This document shows, one piece after another, positions 1-7,970 of a stretch of DNA of 32,000 bases (its first letter is position 1; every line of letters starts with the position of its first letter). The DNA lies in assembly GCF_000400465.1 (NCBI RefSeq), contig NW_008806294.1:142958-174957 (forward strand), in the 5' to 3' direction. The notes below the pieces were generated by a model. That model had not been told where the DNA came from and searched no databases. It saw nothing but the letters and a program-made list of their open reading frames with translations. The position numbers and the translations under genes were made by a program. This DNA is from Wallemia ichthyophaga EXF-994. Taxonomy: Eukaryota > Fungi > Basidiomycota.

Positions 1-1
1 A

Positions 2-2041
2 GGCGACAGAGAAAGAAGCAGTGCAGAAGAGAGTTTGAGAGGGAAGCAAAAGCGGAGGAAATTCCTACGCTACATCAAGGTACTACTCCCACTCCTGCTA
101 TTCACATTTCTATTTATCGTGGGTGCGCTGACACTATACAAGAGCTGGGACGTGGCGAAACATCCACCTACAAATGCTCTCCATCCACCCACACAGCCGT
201 ATGCACCAGACGTGCAACTAAGCACGCCGTGGACGGACGACGCGGTGGCCGGGAAGGGATGGCAAACGCATCCGCGGCCGACACTCTACAGAAACGCGTG
301 GAAAACACTCAACGGGATCTGGACATACTCACCAGCACACGCTGCAGACGATATCGCTCACCCGCCCTTTAACCAGACACTAAAGCGGCAAGTGCGTATC
401 CCCGCCTGCGCAGAGAGCGGGATGAGCGGTGTAGGCGAGGACAGGAGTGAGTGGATGTGGTACAAGACGCGTTTCGACGCGTTGGAAGCGGGTGGGAGTG
501 AGAGTAAAAGTGAAACAGACACACGCGACCGCCACATCCTCCATCTCGACGCAGTCGATTACGAGGCAGTCGTATTTGTCAATGGCGTCCAAGTCGCCGC
601 TCACACAGGTGGATACACGCGTTTCAGTGTGGATATTACTGAGGCGATGAGCGTACGAGCGGATGCAGAGGCACACGCACACCCACACGAGCTCATAGTC
701 TGGGTGAGAGACCCAACAGACTCGCTCGACGAAAACATACCGCTCGGGAAGCAGCGCACTGTCGATATGCACATGTTCTTCGCGAGCTGTAGCGGGATAT
801 GGCAGAGTGTGTGGCTCGAGCGCATACCTCGGGAGTACATAACGCAAGTTGCCGTGCAGGGCGACCAGTGGGGAGTGGTGCGCGGGGCTATCTACACGAA
901 CAGCAACGATACTGCGCCCGTACACTTGGAGCTGCATGAGCAGGAGCAGCACTCGTCACGACCACTCGCAACCCACACCGTCCCCTCAAACACCCCTTTC
1001 GAATGGTCTGTTGAGGGTGTGTCGCAGTGGAGCGTCGCCCACCCGCATCTTTACACGCTCTCAATCCACACAGACACAGACACCGCCGATAGTTATCTGG
1101 GTTTCCGCAGCGTTTCGAAAGGCATGGTAGATGGAGCACTCAAGCCACTCGTCAACGATGAGTTCATCTTCACTCTCGCCACCCTCGACGAAGGCTACTG
1201 GCCTGACGGTCTTTATACGCCGCCATCCGAGGGAGCGCTTCAATACGATATTGGCTACCTCAAACGATTGGGATTCAGCGGGATACGCAAGCATATCAAA
1301 GTCGAGCCAGATGTTTTTTACTACATGTGCGATAAGATTGGTATGCTCGTTTGGCAGGATATGCCGTCTCTCATGCACGATCGCACTCCAACCGACGCGC
1401 AGATAGCCGAGTTTGAGCGACAGAGCGTGGAGATAGTGCGCACACACTCACACTTCCCCTCCATCGTCACGTGGGTGCTGTACAACGAGGGCTGGGGGCA
1501 GGCTGATGGCGGTGTAGAGGAGGCATTGGTGGGGAAAGTGCTTAATGTGGACAAGTCACGCTTGATCGACGCAGCAAGTGGATGGAAAGATAATGGGTTT
1601 GGGGACTTTCACGATACACACCACTACAGCGAGCCATTGTGTGGATTGAACGTGGAGACGTCGCTGGTGACACCTCCCGATGCACATGCACATGCACACA
1701 GGATAGAGGTTAATATGGAGATGGGCGGAGTCGGCCATCTCGCACCATCGCAGCACAATTGGTTTGATATGCGCACTTATAAAGACACTTACGAGATAGC
1801 GGGGGATGTACAGACGTGGAATTTCCGCACACTGTCTATACTGCGCGAGTTGAAGGAGCAAGTCTTGTTCACTGGGAGGTGTGCAGGTGCAGTGTATACA
1901 CAGACTAGCGATATAGAGAGTGAAGTGAATGGGCTGCTTTCGTATGATCGCAGATACAGTAGACCGGATGTGAGGAGGTGGCGGGAGGCCATTCGGGGAT
2001 TATATGAGTCGAGTGGGAGTATTTATAAAGTAATGACGTAA
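2..2041 (+). CDS. Glycoside hydrolase family 2 (beta-galactofuranosidase/beta-galactosidase-like), type II membrane anchored, 5'-partial, no intron needed
   Basis: The frame is open from position 2, so the track's start at 35 is a TTG and the true ATG lies upstream of the window. KQKRRK is followed by a hydrophobic helix. GH2 motifs: W-x-x-LNG-x-W, LHLDAVDY, GKQ, SGIWQSVWLE, GYWPDGLYT, RKHIKVEP, VWQDMP, acid/base NEGWG and nucleophile-region EMGGVG. Confidence 0.9.
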   Translation, partial: GDRERSSAEESLRGKQKRRKFLRYIKVLLPLLLFTFLFIVGALTLYKSWDVAKHPPTNALHPPTQPYAPDVQLSTPWTDDAVAGKGWQTHPRPTLYRNAWKTLNGIWTYSPAHAADDIAHPPFNQTLKRQVRIPACAESGMSGVGEDRSEWMWYKTRFDALEAGGSESKSETDTRDRHILHLDAVDYEAVVFVNGVQVAAHTGGYTRFSVDITEAMSVRADAEAHAHPHELIVWVRDPTDSLDENIPLGKQRTVDMHMFFASCSGIWQSVWLERIPREYITQVAVQGDQWGVVRGAIYTNSNDTAPVHLELHEQEQHSSRPLATHTVPSNTPFEWSVEGVSQWSVAHPHLYTLSIHTDTDTADSYLGFRSVSKGMVDGALKPLVNDEFIFTLATLDEGYWPDGLYTPPSEGALQYDIGYLKRLGFSGIRKHIKVEPDVFYYMCDKIGMLVWQDMPSLMHDRTPTDAQIAEFERQSVEIVRTHSHFPSIVTWVLYNEGWGQADGGVEEALVGKVLNVDKSRLIDAASGWKDNGFGDFHDTHHYSEPLCGLNVETSLVTPPDAHAHAHRIEVNMEMGGVGHLAPSQHNWFDMRTYKDTYEIAGDVQTWNFRTLSILRELKEQVLFTGRCAGAVYTQTSDIESEVNGLLSYDRRYSRPDVRRWREAIRGLYESSGSIYKVMT

Positions 2042-2075
2042 TGAATGGTATCAATGGTTTTCGATAGCGACCTCT

Positions 2076-2570
2076 TCAAGTTGCCATGTAAGCCTGCTCA
2101 AGCTCGTCTAACTGTGCCTGCTCATCCTTAATCATAATCTCATAGCGCTCTTTTTGGAGACTGAGTTTCTGCAGCACGCCAGCATCCTCGGCGGTGAGAT
2201 TAGATTTAGCTTTAGTGGCCAAGTCATGCCTCCGCTGAGCTTTAAGTTTGAGGTGAGCGTGTTTCTTCTGGAGGGATTTGAGCGCGACCTCTGCTCTCAT
2301 AACGAGTGAGCGTATCTGAGGTTCAATGTCATTAGCAAGCTGAGTTTTCGCGTTGTTGACTTGAGATTCGCTAACGAGAATGAAGTGACGGTTGAACTCG
2401 GTGATTTGCCTGAATCGATCAACGTCGCTGAGTGTGCTGCGTAGATTGCTCAGGGCGCTGTCTGCCTCGTCCACGCATCCATCCGCGGCTATCTGGCACG
2501 CGTAGAGGCTTTGGTAGAACTGGAGGGGATTGTTGTTGCTGTTGTTGTTACTGGGCTGTGATTGGCTCAT
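2076..2570 (-). CDS. SPC19: DASH/Dam1 complex subunit Spc19
   Basis: 164-aa helical ORF with the Spc19-type segment D-F-x-R-like DVDRF followed by NRHFILVSESQVNNAKTQLANDIEPQIRSLVMRAE and a coiled-coil C-terminus. Recognised from memory of the family. Confidence 0.8.
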   Translation of the reverse strand: MSQSQPSNNNSNNNPLQFYQSLYACQIAADGCVDEADSALSNLRSTLSDVDRFRQITEFNRHFILVSESQVNNAKTQLANDIEPQIRSLVMRAEVALKSLQKKHAHLKLKAQRRHDLATKAKSNLTAEDAGVLQKLSLQKERYEIMIKDEQAQLDELEQAYMAT

Positions 2571-2621
2571 TTGAATATTTATTTGATTTTAAGTTGATTA
2601 AATTGCTCCTCGTGTTATTCA

Positions 2622-2627
2622 ACGCGT
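2622..2627. promoter_or_regulatory. ACGCGT (MCB-like) element upstream of SPC19
   Basis: Exact ACGCGT about 50 bp upstream of the SPC19 ATG. A single 6-mer is weak evidence. Confidence 0.3.
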
Positions 2628-2988
2628 CTCTTGATTTTTTATTTTATTTTTATTCTCGGCCAATTTACTTAGTTGGGGAGTGAGTTGAAATAAAATTTCT
2701 TTCAAACCAACTGCGAAGACGGAGTGATACGCGGTGCACTGTGTTTTATGAGTTGGTCATATAATACTGTGCACAGCGGATACACACCGCACACACCGCA
2801 CACCGGCACTTTCGAAGCCTCTCTAGTAGTTGACTCGTCGACGTTGACTAGCAGGGGTCAAAAAGGCGCCAAAAGCGACAGCAGAGGGGGTTTCTAATGT
2901 GTGGGAGAGTGTATGACACTCCACGCAGACCTTCTCGTGCAACATTATTGACTCAATTTACTTGAAAATTTGCATTCATATGTACACA

Positions 2989-3636
2989 TCAACTTATCTG
3001 CTTATTGACTGCCTCTTTGACGCGTGCATAAACATCATCTACAGAAGCAGTGCAGTCTACTTGGACGACCTTGTCCATTTTCTGGTAATGCTCAATCACC
3101 GGCATCGAAGTGTTGATGAAGGTGGCGAATCTCTTCCTGATAGACTCCACATTATCGTCGTCTCTGCCTGAGGTTTGCGAGCGCTTTAAGAGACGCTCCT
3201 CCATTGTGCTCTCTGGGCAATTGAGGTAGAGTACGAAACGGGAGTTGCAGATGTGCTCGTCGAACGACAACGCCTGGTCCATCTGTCTGGGGAAGCCATC
3301 AATGAGGAAGCGCGTAGTGTTACGATGCGTTATGGCATCGTCCATCGCGTTTTTAAGCAGATTAAGTGTGACGTAGGATGGGACAATGCGACCTTCCCTG
3401 ATGAACGACTTGATCAGTTCACCAGCCTCACTGCCTTCTCTGGCTTGTTCTGCGCGGAGCAAATCGCCCGCTGTTTACCTATGTGTGAGCATGCACACCA
3501 CCAACACACCTCACCCACCAGACAAATGACAGAAGCTGTAATCCTCTACTAGCCTTCCACACTGCGTGCCTTTACCTGCACCTGGACCACCGAGTACGAA
3601 TATAACCAAAACCTGTGAACTGTCGAAGGATGCCAT
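2989..3636 (-). CDS. URA6: UMP-CMP (uridylate) kinase
   Basis: Exons 3636-3519 and 3470-2989 with a 48-nt GT..AG intron give 199 aa. Motifs: P-loop [35 protein letters not shown] and [13 protein letters not shown]. Confidence 0.95.
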
Positions 3637-3639
3637 TTT

Positions 3640-3780
3640 TCAGCGTCTGATTGGTGGAACTAAAGGGTGTTCAAATTGAGTGCGTTGGGGTTGTTGACTG
3701 CGTGATTTGGAGAGAGTCGAGAAGGCGACAAATGAGGCTACGAGTACTGAAGACAGAAGTACCACTTGCTGTCTTTGCAT
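3640..3780 (-). other. 46-codon upstream ORF in frame with URA6
   Basis: ATG at 3780 reads MQRQQVVLLSSVLVASFVAFSTLSKSRSQQPQRTQFEHPLVPPIRR, then TGA AAA ATG (the URA6 start). Expression is unverified. Confidence 0.35.
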
Positions 3781-4300
3781 GTGGTGTGGTGGGATTGAGG
3801 TGTGTACAAGGTGTAGCCTTTAAGATTTTCAAGTGACTGGTTCAATTGGCGGCGGTTCTGTGTGGCTCTGCGGTTGCTGCTTATTTACCGCACTGCCACG
3901 CTATCACGCCTCACCACGCCTCACCACACCGCTACGTCACCCAACCATCAACTGATCAGCAACAAGGAATGTCCAAATTTTAAATTAGTTGTGCGTTTAT
4001 TAAGTCCATTCAACGACGTCTTTGAATATCATATTATAACGTTATAAACACGATGAATAGCAGTAGTGTGAAAAATGGCTCAAGTACAGCCAGCACTAGC
4101 ACGGCAAGTACGCGTGGCAGACAAACCCAGCGACAAATATTTGGTAGCTCCATATTCAGAGAGCAGAGTGAGAGGAGAGTGGCTGGGATTACCAGATCGA
4201 ATAGCTCCGATAGTGAGGGCACGCCGAATAACGACACGCACACGCTTCCTGGAAAACACTGGATGGGTGGGTGTAGAATGAGCTGAGGTGTGAAATGGCC

Positions 4301-4762
4301 CTACAAGCAGCCCATATAAGCAAGACATACTTGCAACAACAAGGATATACAAGACATACAAATACCCAACCAACTGCGATTACTCCTACCACTAACACAC
4401 TTTACAATAATACATTCCATTCTGCCAGTATTCTCTGCTTGCGTTGCTGTGTGACTTGTGTGTGTTATGCTTGTATTCTCTATCGACACACCCACGCCAC
4501 TCACCCACCGCCAATATCTATCGGTGGAATAAATTAAAGTCATTTGAGTTTCCCGATCACGCTCACTTCAGGCACTGTTTCGACGGCTGTGTCTTGCGCG
4601 TCTTGTTTGTCTTGTCTGCCCGATCTGCGCTGTTTGGAAGGCCTCTTCTCCCACTCAATCCGCCTCCTTGCACGTCGGACTCTGTGCCTGAGTGTGTGTC
4701 AAATGAGTGCAACACGCGCACAAGACCAACTTTGCCGAGTTTGTCTGATTGGCCCCGGGCAT
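4301..4762 (-). CDS. Putative small spliced orphan protein (68 or 103 aa) with a 9- or 13-nt micro-exon
   Basis: ATG at 4762. Three intron-like units on the minus strand: 4730-4688 (GTTGGT..CAG), 4566-4518 (GTGAGC..TAG) and 4508 or 4504 to 4447 (GTGGGT or GTGAGT..CACAG). No family recognised. Confidence 0.35.
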
Positions 4763-4840
4763 AGCGATGTTGATGGTATTAAAGTTAATGACGCTATCAA
4801 AACACTTGTGAAATAATTAGATGAAAATTTACAAACCATA

Positions 4841-6397
4841 CTACACACGCTCCTCCCACTCCCTCTCATACTTCCTCCTCTTCTTGTTCTTCTCCTTGTT
4901 GATTTTCTGTTTCTCGCCAAATCGACCATCATGCATGGCGACACTAGCGAGACGTCTAGCCGTGAAGACGCTATTGATATTTTCGAGTACGCTGTTCTCT
5001 GGCATGGGATGCTCGTCCATAGTGACACCAGTGACGCCTTCAATCGCACCAACGAGCTCGACGTCTCTTTCAGCAACGAAGCTAACACTCCAACCTTCCC
5101 TTCCCGCTCTAGCAGTCCTACCAACGCGATGAATGTAGTCGGTTGGGTTACGCGGGAGGTCGTAATTAACGACGAGCGCCACCTCGGGAATATCCAATCC
5201 ACGACTGCCCACATCCGTCGCTACGAGTACGGGTATGATAGCGCTGCGAAAGAGAGACAGGCTGTGCAAGCGTTCTGATTGACTGAGGTAGCTGTGCAAG
5301 GGCACGCAGCGAATGCGCATGTTTTGCAGTAGCAATGTGAGTTGGGCGGCTGTGGCGCATCTCCCACAAAATACTATCGTCGGTGGCGGCTGCATCGCTT
5401 GTACTTCCATTTCCTCTGCACTCACCTCCTTCACTTTGCGCTTCCGCCGGCGCTGGTTCTGCTCGTCGAATGCATTCTCGCTCACTGGCGCAGCGAGATC
5501 CGGTGGAGTGTGACGCAAATGTTCCAGCTCCTCCGGCGGATTGGTGAGGAGGTGCGCCAGGTACACGTCGCGGATATGCGACGGCAGGTGCACGTATTTC
5601 TGCACGAGTGATTTGGGAGTGGACGTGGAGTCGTGTGTGAGGTGCACGAAGGGTTTCTGTTTTCCCTTGCTGGGTGGTTTCCGCGCAAGAGCCTCGATCT
5701 CGGCCGTTGCTGTGGCTGTAAAGAGAAGTGTTTGGCGCTGGGAAGGGAGGTGGGAGAATATCTCAGCCAGCTCTGGTGCAAAAGTGCTACTTAGGAGTCT
5801 ATCAGCCTCGTCGAGAACGAGATAGCGCGTCTTGCTCAGCGACCACTCCTCGCCTTTGGATTTAAGCAGCTCAGCGAAGCGGCCGGGTGTTGCGATGACC
5901 ATGTGTGGTCTGCGCTGGAGCTGCGTCGCTTGGTCGAGCAAATCCAACCCACCAACGACAACAGGCGCTTTGAGATTCATGTGTGCGCCAAGTGCGTGGA
6001 ACTGGTCAGCTATCTGGAACGCTAGCTCGCGTGTAGGCGTGAGGACTACAGCACAAATGCCGTACGGGTCAAGCGTGAGGTGCTGCAGTATAGGCAAACC
6101 AAAGGCAATGGTCTTGCCTGAGCCGGTCTTTGCGCTCGCAATGCAGTCGCGCCCGGACATGATTTCATTCAAGCAGGCGTGTTGGATGGGAGTGGGAGTG
6201 TGGATGTTGAGCGTGTGCAGCGCCTTGACTAACGATGGGTGTACGCCCATTTCCGTGAATGTCCGAGTGTCCCCTGTGGATTCTGCGGCCGTGGCTGGGA
6301 CAGCGGGAGAAAGCGGGGCCTTGGAAGTGGATGGCCTGCTAACACCACCAGCACTCCTACTCAACCCACTCCTCACGCTAATTTCCTCATTTTCCAT
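4841..6397 (-). CDS. DBP8: ATP-dependent DEAD-box RNA helicase DBP8 (DDX49-like)
   Basis: Probable start MENEEIS at 6397 gives 518 aa with no intron. Motifs: Q motif, AKTGSGKT, LTLDPYGI, PTRELA, DEAD, SAT-like TAT, ATDVGSRGLDIP and HRVGRTARAG. Confidence 0.92.
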   Translation of the reverse strand: MENEEISVRSGLSRSAGGVSRPSTSKAPLSPAVPATAAESTGDTRTFTEMGVHPSLVKALHTLNIHTPTPIQHACLNEIMSGRDCIASAKTGSGKTIAFGLPILQHLTLDPYGICAVVLTPTRELAFQIADQFHALGAHMNLKAPVVVGGLDLLDQATQLQRRPHMVIATPGRFAELLKSKGEEWSLSKTRYLVLDEADRLLSSTFAPELAEIFSHLPSQRQTLLFTATATAEIEALARKPPSKGKQKPFVHLTHDSTSTPKSLVQKYVHLPSHIRDVYLAHLLTNPPEELEHLRHTPPDLAAPVSENAFDEQNQRRRKRKVKEVSAEEMEVQAMQPPPTIVFCGRCATAAQLTLLLQNMRIRCVPLHSYLSQSERLHSLSLFRSAIIPVLVATDVGSRGLDIPEVALVVNYDLPRNPTDYIHRVGRTARAGREGWSVSFVAERDVELVGAIEGVTGVTMDEHPMPENSVLENINSVFTARRLASVAMHDGRFGEKQKINKEKNKKRRKYEREWEERV

Positions 6398-6479
6398 ATT
6401 TTCACGTTGAGAAACGGGGAAAAGAGAAGACGCACCTTCACCGCCAACGACAAAGCCAGATAAATATTGAATTATAAAA

Positions 6480-7132
6480 ATGCCGCCATCGCACGTGATA
6501 GGGAATGTGAGTGAGTTTGTGTGCAGCCATCCACCACTCACACCCACCACAGACATCACTCGCCTTCTCGAGAGCGTGGCACTCGGTCGACGCAAAGGAC
6601 CGCGTACTCGGCCGACTGGCTGGCAGCATAGCCCACACGCTCATGGGCAAGCACAAGCCTGTGTACGATCCAGCAGGTGCGTTGGGGGCATCCGCCCGAG
6701 GAACCAGGCCACTCACTCACACTCACACTTCCAGCCGACTGCGGCGACTATGTCATCGTCAAGAACGCTACAAAGGTCCTCACCACCGGCAACAAAGCTG
6801 AACAGATGGTCTACCGCTCCCACACGGCTTACGCTGGTGGTCTCAAGGAAATCAGCTTCAAGCGCATGTCTCAGAACAAACCAGACGAAATTATTCGCAA
6901 GGCTGTTAGAGGCATGCTGCCAAACAACCCCACGCGCAAATTCCTCTTAGACCGCCTGCTAATTTTCACCGGTGACGTCGTTCCCGATTCTGTGCAGGGG
7001 AATGTGTCAAAAGACTACACAGCAGGTGATACGCCTCAGGCGCAGGCCAGTCAAGGCTGGAAGGGCATTGGCGGTAGGAGAAGTAAGGAAGGTGGTCCTA
7101 GATGGCACAAGAGTAGTTATGGTAGGGCATAA
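6480..7132 (+). CDS. MRPL23: Mitochondrial ribosomal protein uL13m
   Basis: Exons 6480-6506, 6553-6676 and 6735-7132 give 182 aa. Motifs: WHSVDA-x-x-x-VLGRLA, [22 protein letters not shown] and [11 protein letters not shown]. Confidence 0.93.
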
Positions 7133-7198
7133 TCAGCGTAAGCACACACGCTACATTGTACAGTATACATTCTCTAGATGATCATTTTTTCACTCTCT

Positions 7199-7861
7199 AT
7201 GGCCGACGTCGAAAGCGATCACAGCGAGGACAGCCTTTTCGACGGGAGTGAGCTGCTTGACACTTGCACACACCTCCAAAACCTCCCAATCGTACACCAA
7301 TTCCCTCCAATAAACATCCCAGGGCTGCACCTCGACCAAGAAGCTATTTCCCCCGAGACACAATCTCAAATTCTCTCACAGCTCTCTTTCGACCCACCCA
7401 GCGTAACACAGCATGTCATTTTTGGTACTCTGCCGCCTTTCTTGGGGTGTTTAGTGGAGCAGCTTAGAGTGCGAGCACAGAGCTACATATGCCTAAACAC
7501 GCACACCAAGTTATTCAACCAAGTGGACAATCGGCAGTGCATAATTAATGTTTATGGCTACAACGAGTCACCTAGTGCTTATTACCTCCCTCAGCATACG
7601 GACCTTGAGTGCTTTGGCGAGGGCGTTATTATACTCAGTTTAGGCAGCAGTATTGCTATGAAGTTTGAGAGTCTTGCAGATGGTGCAAACGACTCTTTCG
7701 AACTCCTCCTCAGACCTGGCAGCGTCCTTTATTTGACAGACGACGCTCGCTATCGCTGGACACACGGCATTGCCCCACGCACAGTCGACAATGTCCATAA
7801 TGTCGGCCTATTACAGCGAGGCGTTAGAGTTGGCGTAACGCTACGCTACTATAATGAGTGA
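7199..7861 (+). CDS. AlkB-family 2-oxoglutarate/Fe(II) dioxygenase
   Basis: Motifs: QCIINVY, H-x-D (HTD), ILSLGS, L-x-PGS, ARYRWTHGI and terminal RVGVTLR. Start taken at MADVESDHSE; another in-frame ATG lies at 7178. Confidence 0.85.
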   Translation: MADVESDHSEDSLFDGSELLDTCTHLQNLPIVHQFPPINIPGLHLDQEAISPETQSQILSQLSFDPPSVTQHVIFGTLPPFLGCLVEQLRVRAQSYICLNTHTKLFNQVDNRQCIINVYGYNESPSAYYLPQHTDLECFGEGVIILSLGSSIAMKFESLADGANDSFELLLRPGSVLYLTDDARYRWTHGIAPRTVDNVHNVGLLQRGVRVGVTLRYYNE

Positions 7862-7970
7862 AACAATCCATTTTATCAACAATTACAATCATGTATTATT
7901 TTATTTTATCATATGAAACTTTAAAAAATTGTATCAACTAGTAAAATCATCTATTCCATCATCCCTCCAT

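Noticed and set aside
380-1992. Many antisense or alternate-frame ORFs over GH2 and other genes (e.g. 380-952, 5832-6410, 13998-14438, 21285-21743)
   Set aside because: Shadow ORFs of real coding sequence with no recognisable motifs.
2782-2805. Short ACACACCGC tandem, and CACGCCTCAC tandem at 3905-3924
   Set aside because: Only two to three imperfect copies in a CA-rich background, with no array structure or spacers.
4053-4537. Plus-strand spliced ORF (4053-4266 joined to 4311-4537, 146 aa)
   Set aside because: It is frame-consistent but rests on one intron and has no recognisable family. The minus strand shows three intron-like units, so it is kept only as an alternative.
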